This document shows positions 26,078 to 36,518 of a stretch of 58,779 nt of DNA, piece by piece. The stretch covers positions 1 through 58,779 of the forward strand of contig MNUP01000123.1 in NCBI GenBank assembly GCA_001871075.1. The letters are read 5' to 3'. A program made the translations under genes and the position numbers. Under the pieces are notes generated by a model. That model saw only the letters and a program-made list of their open reading frames with translations, did not search any database and was not told the DNA's origin. This stretch comes from Candidatus Desantisbacteria bacterium CG1_02_49_89. Its GTDB lineage: Bacteria; Desantisbacteria; UBA1551. Position 1 is the stretch's first letter. Each line of letters starts with the position of its first letter.

Positions 26078-28963
26078 ATGGACATGCCGCCGCAGTACAA
26101 CCCGAAGGAAACCGAAGACAGGTGGTACAAATACTGGATGGACAAGGGCTATTTCAGGGCGGACAGCAAAAGCGGAAAAGAGCCTTTCTGCATGGTGATA
26201 CCTCCGCCCAATATCACAGGTTCCCTTCACATGGGCCACGCGCTCAATAACACCCTGCAGGACATCCTCACCCGCTGGAAAAGAATGAGCGGGTTCAGCG
26301 CCCTGTGGCTTCCCGGGACCGACCACGCGGGCATTGCCACCCAGAACGTTATTGAAAGGGAGCTGAAAAAAGAAGGGCTCACCCGCCAGCAGGTTGGAAG
26401 AGAAGATTTCATTAAGCGTGTGTGGAAATGGAGGGACAGCACAGGGGGCACCATAATCAACCAGCTGAAGAAGCTGGGCTGTTCGTGCGACTGGTCCAGG
26501 ACGCGTTTTACAATGGACGAAGGCCTTTCAAAAGCCGTCCAGCAGGTTTTTATAACGCTTTATAACGAAGGACTTATTTACAGGGACACATATATCATAA
26601 ACTGGTGCCCGAGGTGCCAGACAGCGCTTTCAGACCTGGAAGCAGAGCACCAGGAAGTTGCCGGCCATTTGTATTATGTGAAATATGAACTGATTGGCAA
26701 TGATATTAGAGTCAAAGTTGCGACGCACGACGCACAGCTTGCCCGCCAATCTTGCTGGGCGGGACGTACGACGCACGACTGTATCACAGTGGCAACCACC
26801 CGGCCCGAAACCATCTTCGGGGACGTGGCGATCGCGGTGAACCCGAAAGACAAGCGGTATAAGAATTTTATAGGCAAAAAGGTGCGCGTGCCTGAGCTGT
26901 GCGGCGGGAGAGAGATACCTGTTATTGCGGATGATTATGTTGACATCAAGTTCGGGACCGGCTGCCTTAAAATAACGCCGGCGCATGATCCCGCGGATTT
27001 CGAGATAGGCCGCAGGCATAAGCTCGAGGCGATAAACGTCATATCCGCTGACGGAAAAATGAACGGGGAAGCGGGGAAATACGCGGGGCTTGACAGGTTC
27101 GAGTGCCGCAAGGCCCTTGTCGAGGATCTGAAGAACCAGGGACGCCTGGAGAAGACCGAGGACTACAAATACACGATGGGTTCCTGCTACCGCTGCCACA
27201 CATATGTTGAACCCTACCTTTCAAAACAGTGGTTTGTGCGGATGAAGGAACTGGCGAAACCCGCTATAAAGGCGGTTAAGGACGGCAAGGTAAGATTCGT
27301 GCCGAAGAGCTGGGGAAAGACCTATTATCTGTGGATGGACAATATCAGGGACTGGTGCATTTCAAGGCAGATATGGTGGGGGCACAGGATACCTGTCTGG
27401 TACTGTAAAAATGAAAAATGCCCTCCGGTTGTTTCCACCTCACGGCCGGCAAAGTGCCCGGAATGCGGCGGCGCGGAATTTTCGCAGGACGAAGACGTGC
27501 TGGACACCTGGTTCAGCTCAGCGCTCTGGCCTTTTTCAACCCTGGGCTGGCCCGATAAAACCGATGACCTCAGATTTTTCTACCCGACAACGGTCCTCTC
27601 AACGGCTTTTGACATAATTTTCTTCTGGGTCGCGAGGATGATCATAATGGGGATGCATTTCATGAAAGACGTTCCTTTCAGGACCGTTTACATACACGCG
27701 CTCGTGCGCGACCCCGAAGGCCAGAAGATGAGCAAGTCCAGGGGGAATGTCGTGGACCCGCTGGGGATCATGGATGTTTACGGCACGGACGCGCTAAGGT
27801 TCACGATGTCATCCCTGGCAGTGAAGGGAAGGGACATATACCTTTCAGAGGAGCGCATACAGGGGTACAGGAATTTCATGAACAAGATATGGAACGCCAG
27901 CAGGTTTATACTCATGAACCTTGCTAATAGCTCAATAGCTCAATTGTCCAATAGCTCAATTGTAAAGGAATTATCTTCTAATTCGACGCACGACCCGCTA
28001 GGGCGACGCACGACGCACGACGAATTGACGGTGGCTGACAGGTGGATCATGTCGCGCCTGAACCAGGTCACAAAAGAAGTAACAGGCCATCTTGAAAAGT
28101 ATGATTTTGACAAGGCAAGCCTCGCGCTATACGATTTCTTCTGGCACGAGTTCTGCGACTGGTACCTTGAAATTGCCAAACTACAACTATCAGTGACCAG
28201 TGGTCAGTGGCCAGCAGACAGCAAGCTGCAGACAGCAGACAATGAAAAGACTGCTCACTACTCACTACTCACCACTCAACACTGTCTTTTCCGGACCCTG
28301 GAGCAGAGCTTGCGTTTAATGCATCCGTTCGTGCCGTTTATTACAGAGGAAATATGGCAAACCTTAAAGACAGTGGACAGTGGACAGTGGTCAGTGGACA
28401 GTGAAAGCAATAATTCGATGCACGAGAGTATCATGGTGAGCAAATGGCCGGAATACAATAAGAAGGAAACTGACGCAAAGGCAACAGCCCAGATGGAACT
28501 GGTAAAAGCGATAGTGTTCGCGGTCAGGAATATCCGTTCAGAGCTGAACATACACCCCGGGGCAAAAATAAAAGCGATTTTTAGTTACACTGCCAAAAAG
28601 CCGCTTAAGGCAATTGATATCCTGAACTCGAACGCAGCATACATTAAATGGCTGGCAGGCATAGAAGAGATGAGTGTTGGGGAAGACCTTACGAAACCCA
28701 GGCCCGCGGCTGTGGCTGTGGTTAAAGGGATCGAGATCTACATACCGCTTGAAGGGCTGATCGACATCCAGAAGGAAACTGACAGGATAAAGAAGGAGAT
28801 CGAAAAAGCCGGCAATGACCTGAAGGGCCTAAAGGCAAGGCTCAGGAACAAGGAATTCCTCAAGAAGGCGCCTGAAGAAGTTGTGACTAAAGAGAAAGAC
28901 AGGAAAATAGAAACAGAAGCGAGGCTGGGCAAGCTGAAGGAAAATCTCAAAATGCTGGCTTGA
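26078..28963 (+). CDS. valS: Valine--tRNA ligase with four repeat-derived in-frame insertions
   Basis: PPPNITGSLHMGH, DHAGIATQ, ATTRPET, DWCISRQIWWGH, KMSKS and the C-terminal coiled-coil arm. Confidence 0.98.
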   Translation: MDMPPQYNPKETEDRWYKYWMDKGYFRADSKSGKEPFCMVIPPPNITGSLHMGHALNNTLQDILTRWKRMSGFSALWLPGTDHAGIATQNVIERELKKEGLTRQQVGREDFIKRVWKWRDSTGGTIINQLKKLGCSCDWSRTRFTMDEGLSKAVQQVFITLYNEGLIYRDTYIINWCPRCQTALSDLEAEHQEVAGHLYYVKYELIGNDIRVKVATHDAQLARQSCWAGRTTHDCITVATTRPETIFGDVAIAVNPKDKRYKNFIGKKVRVPELCGGREIPVIADDYVDIKFGTGCLKITPAHDPADFEIGRRHKLEAINVISADGKMNGEAGKYAGLDRFECRKALVEDLKNQGRLEKTEDYKYTMGSCYRCHTYVEPYLSKQWFVRMKELAKPAIKAVKDGKVRFVPKSWGKTYYLWMDNIRDWCISRQIWWGHRIPVWYCKNEKCPPVVSTSRPAKCPECGGAEFSQDEDVLDTWFSSALWPFSTLGWPDKTDDLRFFYPTTVLSTAFDIIFFWVARMIIMGMHFMKDVPFRTVYIHALVRDPEGQKMSKSRGNVVDPLGIMDVYGTDALRFTMSSLAVKGRDIYLSEERIQGYRNFMNKIWNASRFILMNLANSSIAQLSNSSIVKELSSNSTHDPLGRRTTHDELTVADRWIMSRLNQVTKEVTGHLEKYDFDKASLALYDFFWHEFCDWYLEIAKLQLSVTSGQWPADSKLQTADNEKTAHYSLLTTQHCLFRTLEQSLRLMHPFVPFITEEIWQTLKTVDSGQWSVDSESNNSMHESIMVSKWPEYNKKETDAKATAQMELVKAIVFAVRNIRSELNIHPGAKIKAIFSYTAKKPLKAIDILNSNAAYIKWLAGIEEMSVGEDLTKPRPAAVAVVKGIEIYIPLEGLIDIQKETDRIKKEIEKAGNDLKGLKARLRNKEFLKKAPEEVVTKEKDRKIETEARLGKLKENLKMLA

Positions 28964-29032
28964 TAATTCTGTTAAATCCCCCTCATTCCCCCTTTACAAA
29001 GGGGGATGGAAGGGGGATTTCGCAAACACAAA

Positions 29033-29887
29033 ATGTATATTATAAAGAGAAGGTTTTTATTTTGGGCAGCGTGTTTTATATTTACCGGCTTATCCATCGC
29101 AGGAGCGGATGCTTACTATGAGAACCTGACCGGGAAAAAATTCAAGACAACAGGGGAAGTAAGGGGAGTGATGAGCGAGGACGGCATGATTTCCGTCATG
29201 ATGGAAAGGGAAGACGGGGAATGCATTGTCGTGTACTGGGATAACAGCACCTACAATTCGCTCAAGAGCGTGCTGTCCAGCGGTAACCGGGTATCGGCGG
29301 TGGTAAAGGTGGTTGATGGCGGCAGCATAATCGGGGTTTCCGCGGAAAGGTTGGCAAGGATCATAGACACGAAAAAAACCTCGACCTTGCTGGATAAAAA
29401 CAGGAAGCTGAGCTCGTCGGACCTGCAGGCGATAAACGTTTACGAGAAAACAATAAAATATTTCAATCCCAAACTTACCAGCGCCGAAGTACGGAAGATC
29501 TCTTCAAGCATCCTGACTTACAGCAGGCTGCACAACGTAGACCCAAGGCTTGTTGTAGCGGTTATAGCGGTGGAATCGGATTTCAAAATTGACGCCCGCT
29601 CTGTCAAGGGTGCCGTGGGCCTGGGCCAGCTTATGCCCCAGACCGCGAAGAGCCTGAAGGTTAACCCGCATATTATAGAAGAAAATATCCGCGGAACCAC
29701 GTCCTACCTGCGTTTCTGCATGGAGCAGTGGAAGAAATATCCTTACCTCACCGTCCCTCTCGCGCTCGCTGCCTACAACGCAGGGCCTGCGGCAGTCGCC
29801 AAGCACGGCGGGATCCCGCCCTATTACGAAACCCAGAACTACGTCATAAGGGTCATGGACCTCTACGCGAAACTCTGTAGCAAATAA
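29033..29887 (+). CDS. Lytic transglycosylase (SLT domain)
   Basis: AVIAVESDF..ARSVKGAVGLGQLMP, ALAAYNAG and ETQNYV motifs, with an N-terminal signal/TM segment. Confidence 0.9.
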   Translation: MYIIKRRFLFWAACFIFTGLSIAGADAYYENLTGKKFKTTGEVRGVMSEDGMISVMMEREDGECIVVYWDNSTYNSLKSVLSSGNRVSAVVKVVDGGSIIGVSAERLARIIDTKKTSTLLDKNRKLSSSDLQAINVYEKTIKYFNPKLTSAEVRKISSSILTYSRLHNVDPRLVVAVIAVESDFKIDARSVKGAVGLGQLMPQTAKSLKVNPHIIEENIRGTTSYLRFCMEQWKKYPYLTVPLALAAYNAGPAAVAKHGGIPPYYETQNYVIRVMDLYAKLCSK

Positions 29888-29986
29888 AGATTACAGCGAT
29901 AACTGAACGATTACAGCGATAAAAAATTTAAAGTATTTATCGATGCCATCGATCTTTTAATCGCTGCAATCATTCCAAAGGAAAAA

Positions 29987-32008
29987 ATGAAATTCAAATT
30001 AGCTGCGCCATTCAAGCCGGCAGGCGGCCAGCCGGACGCGGTTGAAAAGCTCGTGAAGGGCATCAGCTCCGGCATGAGGTTCCAGACCCTGCTGGGCGTC
30101 ACGGGTTCGGGCAAGACATACACTCTCGCGAACGTCATAGAAAAGATACAGAAGCCGGTGCTGGTGATGTCCCACAACAAGACCCTGGCCGCTCAGCTCT
30201 ACAGCGAGTTCTCGTCCTTCTTCCCGGAAAACGCGGTCCGGTATTTCGTTTCCTTCTATGATTACTACCAGCCTGAAGCATACCTTCCCGGTACCGATAC
30301 CTACATTGAAAAAGACGCGGACCTGAACGAGGAAATAGACCGCCTGAGGCTGCTGGCGACCGAATCCCTGATGGAGAGGGATGATGTGATAATCGTCGCA
30401 AGCGTTTCCTGCATCTACAGCCTCGGCTCGCCTTTTGATTACCGCCAGCTCCACATAAAGCTTAAAAAAGGGATGTTCATCTCGAGGGACACGATAGCCA
30501 GGAGGCTGGTGGACATCCAGTACCAGCGCAACGAGATAGATTTCCGCAGGGGAAAATTCAGGATGCGCGGGGATACCATTGAAATTTTTCCCGCTTACAC
30601 AGAAGAGCCTTTGCGCGTGGAGCTTTTCGGCGACGAGATCAAAAGGATATCGGTGATACACCCGGTAAGCGCTGAGATCCTGGAAGAAAGGGAAGAAGCA
30701 TCCGTATACCCGGCAAAGCACTTCGTGACCACCCGCCCCCAGCTGCAGAGCGCGCTGGGTAACATAAGGAATGAACTGAAAGAAAGGCTTGGGGAGCTGA
30801 GAAGCGAAAACAGGCTGGTCGAGGCCCAGCGCCTGGAGCAGAGGGCGAACTACGACCTTGAAATGCTGGAGGAAATAGGGCACTGCTCAGGCATAGAAAA
30901 TTATTCGGCGCACCTTTCAGGCAGGAAACCGGGAGAACGGCCTTTCTGCCTTATCGACTATTACTGCAAGGAAGGCCTTCCGGCCCAGTTCCTTACGATC
31001 ATCGACGAATCGCACGTCTCGATCCCGCAGATCGGCGGGATGTATGAGGGGGACAGGTCCAGGAAGGAGACACTTGTTGAATACGGGTTCAGGCTACCGT
31101 CATGCCTGGACAACCGCCCTTTAAAGTGGAAGGAATTCGAGGACCTGATAGGCCAGACAGTGTTCGTTTCGGCAACGCCGGGCCAGTACGAGCTCAAGAA
31201 CAGCAAACAGGTTGTGGAGCTGGTGATCCGCCCGACATTCCTGGTAGACCCTCCGGTCTCGGTCAGGCCGGTAAAGAACCAGGTTGACGACCTGATAGCG
31301 GAGATCAGAAAAAGGGTGGAGAAAAAACAGAGGGTGCTTGTAACCACGCTCACAAAGAAGATGGCAGAGGACCTTACGGATTATCTCAGGGACCTGGACA
31401 TTAAAGTGAAATATCTGCACTCGGAAGTCGAGACACTGGACAGGATAGAGATCCTGAGGGACCTGCGCCTGGGCAAGTTCGACTGCCTTATCGGAATAAA
31501 TCTTCTGCGGGAAGGCCTGGACCTTCCGGAGGTCGCCTGCGTCGCCATACTGGACGCTGACAAGGAAGGATTTTTGCACAGCATTAATTCCCTGATACAG
31601 ATAAGCGGCCGCACGGCGCGCAACATCGACGGCGAAGTGATAATGTACGCGGACAGGATGACGTCCGGCATCAGGGGCGCGGTCAGCGAGATGGAAAGGC
31701 GCAGGAAAGTCCAGCTGGAATACAACAGGGAGCACGGCATCACCCCCAGGTCCATCTACAAGACGCAGGAAGAAATACTTGAGGCGACTAAAATAGCGTC
31801 GTTCGTAAGGGAAAAGGACGCGGTTGAGCTGGGCCTGGGCGGCAAGACCGGCCTTATCAAGAAAGGCGAGATATTAAGGTTCCTTTATAAAGAGATGGGA
31901 CGCCACGCCGCAAAACTCGAATTTGAAAAAGCCGCGAAGGTAAGGGACGAGATCAGGAAGATTTCCGGGGATACGCCCAACCCGGTCTATTTCAAGCTAA
32001 AAAAATAG
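29987..32008 (+). CDS. uvrB: Excinuclease ABC subunit B
   Basis: GVTGSGKT, HNKTLAAQL, YDYYQPEAY, DESH, GINLLREGLD and C-terminal FEKAAKVRDEI. Confidence 0.98.
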   Translation: MKFKLAAPFKPAGGQPDAVEKLVKGISSGMRFQTLLGVTGSGKTYTLANVIEKIQKPVLVMSHNKTLAAQLYSEFSSFFPENAVRYFVSFYDYYQPEAYLPGTDTYIEKDADLNEEIDRLRLLATESLMERDDVIIVASVSCIYSLGSPFDYRQLHIKLKKGMFISRDTIARRLVDIQYQRNEIDFRRGKFRMRGDTIEIFPAYTEEPLRVELFGDEIKRISVIHPVSAEILEEREEASVYPAKHFVTTRPQLQSALGNIRNELKERLGELRSENRLVEAQRLEQRANYDLEMLEEIGHCSGIENYSAHLSGRKPGERPFCLIDYYCKEGLPAQFLTIIDESHVSIPQIGGMYEGDRSRKETLVEYGFRLPSCLDNRPLKWKEFEDLIGQTVFVSATPGQYELKNSKQVVELVIRPTFLVDPPVSVRPVKNQVDDLIAEIRKRVEKKQRVLVTTLTKKMAEDLTDYLRDLDIKVKYLHSEVETLDRIEILRDLRLGKFDCLIGINLLREGLDLPEVACVAILDADKEGFLHSINSLIQISGRTARNIDGEVIMYADRMTSGIRGAVSEMERRRKVQLEYNREHGITPRSIYKTQEEILEATKIASFVREKDAVELGLGGKTGLIKKGEILRFLYKEMGRHAAKLEFEKAAKVRDEIRKISGDTPNPVYFKLKK

Positions 32009-32058
32009 GGGTCAGACTTTCAATTTTTTCAAATTTACCATCCATAATTACGACCATT

Positions 32059-32087
32059 TTGACTTTTCCATTAATTTATGCTATAAT
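32059..32087 (+). promoter_or_regulatory. Sigma70 promoter of the AT-rich islet
   Basis: TTGACT-17 nt-TATAAT with an extended -10 TG. Confidence 0.6.
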
Positions 32088-32104
32088 ATTAATTCAAGGA
32101 TTTA

Positions 32105-32344
32105 ATGAAGAAAGAATTCAGAAACAAGAAATTGGGGATTTATCAGAATGGCAGTTCTTTGCCGCGCTGCTACTGGAGAAAGTGCGGAAGGAAGAAAGCA
32201 CCTTCTGTATTGATAAAGTGCGGGGACTGTGATGAAAAAGTAGAGATTTATTATGATAAATATGGAATTGAAATTAATGGCATAAATGCTTCCGTAGAAT
32301 GGTGGAAAGGATTTTTTGATTATATTTTCAATAAATCGCAGTGA
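32105..32344 (+). CDS. Small hypothetical protein (CxxC)
   Basis: Has an RBS and KCGDCDEKVEIYY..IEINGI. AT-rich. Confidence 0.6.
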   Translation: MKKEFRNKKLGIYQNGSSLPRCYWRKCGRKKAPSVLIKCGDCDEKVEIYYDKYGIEINGINASVEWWKGFFDYIFNKSQ

Positions 32345-32351
32345 GGACTAA

Positions 32352-32804
32352 TTGAAAATTTACCTTGATGTCTGCTGCCTGAACAGACCCTTTGATGAAC
32401 CTGCTTCTGATAGGATTCGTCTTGAAGCAGAAGCAGTTCTATCAATTCTTAACCGTGGAGAATCAGGAAAATTAATTTTATTAGGGAGCGAACTGATAGA
32501 TTTCGAGATTTCTAAAATTCCTGACCAGGAAAGAAAACAAAAAGTTGTTATTTTGTCTTCCATTCTGCAATCTAACATTCTTGTTAATGAAGACATAGAG
32601 AAACGTGCATCTGAACTTGGGAATCTTGGATTTAAGCCTTTTGATGCTTTGCATATTGCCTGTGCTGAGGATGGTAAAGCCGACTTTCTACTGACTACAG
32701 ACGATGAATTGTTATATAAGGCCTTACAAAATATTAAAAGACTTAAGGTAAAGATAGCAAATCCTGTTGAATTTGTAATGGAGGTGATAAAAAATGAAAG
32801 TTGA
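32352..32804 (+). CDS. PIN-domain protein
   Basis: [21 protein letters not shown] and [15 protein letters not shown] motifs. Confidence 0.88.
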   Translation: MKIYLDVCCLNRPFDEPASDRIRLEAEAVLSILNRGESGKLILLGSELIDFEISKIPDQERKQKVVILSSILQSNILVNEDIEKRASELGNLGFKPFDALHIACAEDGKADFLLTTDDELLYKALQNIKRLKVKIANPVEFVMEVIKNES

Positions 32805-32994
32805 AACTATGAGCCCTGAGAGCATAAGAAAAAAGGGACTTGAAGCCTTGGTAAAGGTTTTGGGACCTGTAGGGATGGTTCGTTTTCTTCAACATTTTGA
32901 AGTTGGCATAGGAAACTATACCAGAGATAAAAAATATTGGTTGAAAGGAATAGATATTCAAGAGATTATAAAGGGACTAAAGAGAAAAGAATAG
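32794..32994 (+). CDS. Putative antitoxin partner of the PIN protein
   Basis: [27 protein letters not shown], a small family typically found beside such PIN genes. Confidence 0.75.
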   Translation: MKVETMSPESIRKKGLEALVKVLGPVGMVRFLQHFEVGIGNYTRDKKYWLKGIDIQEIIKGLKRKE

Positions 32995-33047
32995 AAGCGG
33001 TGGCCAATCCTTAGATTATAAAAAACAGTTCATAAGGAGAAAGGAAA

Positions 33048-34196
33048 ATAGAAAATAAGGCCCTTTTGGTTATATTCGCGGTTGGGTTGGTGTTTGCATC
33101 CTTCATATGGAGCAAGGCATCTGCTATTGGCGCAGAAACAAAAGCGGTACTTGCAGGAATTCAGAAAATGAAAATACCCGAGGAATTTCGTTCCAAATAT
33201 GGTGGACAGGAAAGTTGGCTGGGGAATAAACTTGCGGAATTGAGAGGAGAAAAGCAAGCTGGTGGCGGAACCCTGAAATTCCGTGCCTAAATAGTCCTGG
33301 CGCATCCCGCTTTTATCTCCGGGGTGCCCCTGGACGTTCTCTTTAAGATGGTTGACGCATTTAAAGAATTGGGAGTTGATGGCGTGGATATTAACCCGGG
33401 TTTTGAACCGTGGCTTCATCCGGAATTGAACAAGGAAGACCTGAACAAATACGATGCATTGATCGAATATATCAAGAAAAATGATCTTGAGGTATGGCTA
33501 GCTTATCACTGCGGAGTTGACCCAGAAGCGATAAAGGATTGGGACTGGGAAAAATATAAAAAAGTTGAACTTGCCACCCTGAAAACCTGGGTAGAGCGTT
33601 ACCATCCCGCGGGGATCAATGTTGTACACGAAATAACTACAATGGAAAGCCGGTGGCGTAAAAGTGTCAGCATTGAAGAGTGGGCCCGGCTGGTGGAAGA
33701 GGGATGCAGGCTGATAAAAAACCTTGATCCCGGAATATTGACCGGAGCCGGGGGATTGCCGTATGAAAAAGAGATGGAGTGTTTGCGAAAATATCTGAAC
33801 GTGAAGGAATTAGATTTTGTACGTCTGAATATATATGACCAGTGGTTCCACACGTTCAATAATTACGAAACTATGATTAAATGGGCAAAGAACGCGGGCA
33901 AGAAAGTGTATATTGGAGAGGCCTGGAGAAACGCGGCCTTCCCTGAGCCCGGGAATGTTTTTCCGTTGTTCTGGGAGCCCCTTGATATCAAGTTCCTTGA
34001 AGCTGTCACATTATACGCAGGAACAAGAGAAATAGAAGCGGTCTGTTTCTGGTGGACAAATTTATTTTTTAAATACCAGGATCCGGACCAGCCAACGAAG
34101 GAATATTTTAAAGCAGTATATCAGGCAATTCATGACGGCAAGCGCACGTCTGTTTATCGGGCCCTTGGAGAAATTATCAAAGCAGAACGCAGGTAA
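33048..34196 (+). pseudogene. Secreted glycoside-hydrolase-like (TIM barrel) gene with an in-frame TAA
   Basis: ORFs 33066-33290 and 33324-34196 are in the same frame, separated only by TAA 33288-33290. VVHE and YIGE are candidate catalytic glutamates. The apparent start codon reads ATA. Confidence 0.6.
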
Positions 34197-34242
34197 TGAG
34201 TAGCTCAGATCCTAATGGTGCAGATCAAAAAGGAAGCCGCAA

Positions 34243-36117
34243 GTGAGCAGGGACAGGAAACCGTTACTTCTTTACCTGGCGCGCAGGAAAGACCCCCATA
34301 AAGAATTGGTTGCTGCCGCCCTCTCCTGGATGGCCGAAGAAGCAGGCTGCCTCTTTGAGGCATACTTTCCCGGTTACAGCACAGGGGCGCACTATCCCTA
34401 TCCCTGGCACTTTCACTCACACCACGGAGAAAGGTACGGGGTAGGGCCCTTCCAGGGAGAAGGTCATGCAGAGCAGTTCTATTTTTTATCCAAGATCTTT
34501 GACCTGACCGTGATAAGAACGGAAGAATGCCTGCGGTTTGCTTATGAAAGCAGTCTTTTTTCTCTTCCGGAAATAACAGAGAAGGAAGATAACCCCCTGT
34601 GTCTTTTAGAAAAGGCGAGGAATTATCTTAAGACTTCTAATCCTCAGAAAATTATTGTCTTGGGAGAAAAAACCGGTCTCAGGATAGAACCTTATGTTTA
34701 TCCTGAGATTTTCTTTGCTTCTGCCTGGGGGGTGAAAGTTCCCGCGCTTCTGAGTAATTCAGAATCCATCCTTAAAAATTATGGTCCTATTATTTATGGG
34801 CTTTACTTAAGTCCTGACGAAGAAGATTCGCTTAAGGAAAAAGGATTCAGGACAGAAACTATCGATAAGGTTGCCGCAGGAGAATCCTATGCCGAACTAA
34901 CTGTGAGAATAGCTGAAAGGTGGAAAGGGAAGGCAAAGGCAGTGGCTTATGCTGATCCCTACCAGGCAGAGCATTACGTTCCTTTTAACTGCCAGGAAAA
35001 AATACTGGCTTTATTTAATAAGGATATAATGGATTGCGTCCCTCCCGGTCCCGGGTCAGACTGTGATATGAAACGATTGGAGGAGATAGAGCGGGGATTT
35101 AAGGATAAGGTAGCGTATTTTGCCGGACTTCTTCCAAGCAAGATAGTTTACGGAAGGCAGGCAACCGACAACCTGATCACGGACCTGTCAAGGTATGGTT
35201 TTATATTCCCTGTTTTTGACCCGCACCGCCCCCTTTTCCCGATAAAAAGAAAGATCGCTCCCCAAAGACTGCCGGGAAGCGAAAATTCTCTTTTTACCGC
35301 TCAAAGAGACCAGGAGAATATAAGAACAGAAATTATTAAAGCCAATAAGATCCCTGTGGCTTTTTTGACTTACTCTGCTGATTTAAGGCATATCTCCGGT
35401 CTGAGGAATTTCTTTGAAGCGATCGCCCTGAGAAAAGTGCCCTGTGGCTTAACCCTGAACGCTTTCTGGTTTATCCATCATCCTGAGTGGCTGCAGGAAC
35501 TCTTCATCCCTCTTGACCAGGGAGGGGTTTTCCCTTTAGTAGAACCTCTTCTCGGCAGTGCCGGCTGGGGATTGTGCTGCGCGGCTGAAGGCTACGTAGA
35601 AAAAGATACTCTGAAGCCCCTGCTCGTTTCTGCCTTGAAAGCAATAGAGGGGTATACGGGAAAAGAGAATCTGCCCATAGGCCTTTATCCTTTCCAGGAT
35701 GCCAACCCTGAGTATACAGGCCAAGCCGAACCGCTTTTCTCTGCTTATAAGGAAGCAGGGCTTAGATTCTGCTTCACTCAGAAAGACTACAACACTTTTC
35801 CCCATATAGTTTATCAGGAAGATGATTTTGTGGCTTTAAACCAGCCCCTGACTTTCTTCCTCGGCGAGTTTTTTCAGAACCCCGTAAAAGAAGTGCAGCG
35901 CTGGGAGCAGGAAATCGTCAAATCGGGCAGGACGGGGTATATTACCGCTGTTTTTGATTTTCCTTTGTGGTTCCAGTCCCCGTATATCCTGGATATGGGG
36001 CAGAGGCTGCTTTTTTTAATTGACTATGTAAAAGGGGGAGGAGATTCAGGCAGATTAATTCCCGTGCATCCCGGCGAGTTGGCCGAGTATGCAAGAATGG
36101 CCGAACTTTCCAAATGA
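34243..36117 (+). CDS. Hypothetical protein (624 aa)
   Basis: Long uninterrupted ORF in operon context. No family recognised. Confidence 0.75.
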   Translation: MSRDRKPLLLYLARRKDPHKELVAAALSWMAEEAGCLFEAYFPGYSTGAHYPYPWHFHSHHGERYGVGPFQGEGHAEQFYFLSKIFDLTVIRTEECLRFAYESSLFSLPEITEKEDNPLCLLEKARNYLKTSNPQKIIVLGEKTGLRIEPYVYPEIFFASAWGVKVPALLSNSESILKNYGPIIYGLYLSPDEEDSLKEKGFRTETIDKVAAGESYAELTVRIAERWKGKAKAVAYADPYQAEHYVPFNCQEKILALFNKDIMDCVPPGPGSDCDMKRLEEIERGFKDKVAYFAGLLPSKIVYGRQATDNLITDLSRYGFIFPVFDPHRPLFPIKRKIAPQRLPGSENSLFTAQRDQENIRTEIIKANKIPVAFLTYSADLRHISGLRNFFEAIALRKVPCGLTLNAFWFIHHPEWLQELFIPLDQGGVFPLVEPLLGSAGWGLCCAAEGYVEKDTLKPLLVSALKAIEGYTGKENLPIGLYPFQDANPEYTGQAEPLFSAYKEAGLRFCFTQKDYNTFPHIVYQEDDFVALNQPLTFFLGEFFQNPVKEVQRWEQEIVKSGRTGYITAVFDFPLWFQSPYILDMGQRLLFLIDYVKGGGDSGRLIPVHPGELAEYARMAELSK

Positions 36118-36135
36118 TTAAAAGGAGGCAGGCAA

Positions 36136-36486
36136 ATGGCAGAAGAACCCAGAATAATCATTCCTTCTGAAGCGCCGGGGAGGAAGACAAGCGGAGGCGG
36201 AGACCTGAAATTTTTCCTGCAAAAGGAAGACGGGCTTACCTGCGGGACATTTACCATGCAGCCGGGGGACAGGTTAAGCAAGAACGTGATGGCCCATCCC
36301 GGAGACGAACTTTACTATGTCCTGAAGGGCCCGGCCTATTGCGACCTGCCGGATTATGACAATAAGCGGGTTGAGATCCGGGAAGGGCAGGCATTTCTTA
36401 TACCCGCGGGCACCAAGCATATACCGAACAATATCCCCGGAAAGCGTGAGGCGGTAGTCTTTTATATGTGCACCAAGTGGCCATAA
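36136..36486 (+). CDS. Cupin domain protein
   Basis: HPGDELYYVLKG and IPAGTKH motifs. Confidence 0.85.
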   Translation: MAEEPRIIIPSEAPGRKTSGGGDLKFFLQKEDGLTCGTFTMQPGDRLSKNVMAHPGDELYYVLKGPAYCDLPDYDNKRVEIREGQAFLIPAGTKHIPNNIPGKREAVVFYMCTKWP

Positions 36487-36518
36487 TGAATTTAGCCGTC
36501 AAATCGGAGGCAATAAGA

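Noticed and set aside
29999-30883. 294-aa minus-strand ORF and many other antisense ORFs in the track
   Set aside because: These are shadows of well-supported + strand genes and have no recognisable motifs.
30962-30990. Possible micro-insertion in uvrB (GGAAGGCCTTCC palindrome)
   Set aside because: It adds only a few residues in a variable loop and cannot be distinguished from ordinary indel variation.
33288-33290. Stop-codon recoding or alternative genetic code
   Set aside because: TAA, TAG and TGA all terminate conserved genes in this window. A single nonsense mutation or a sequence error is simpler.
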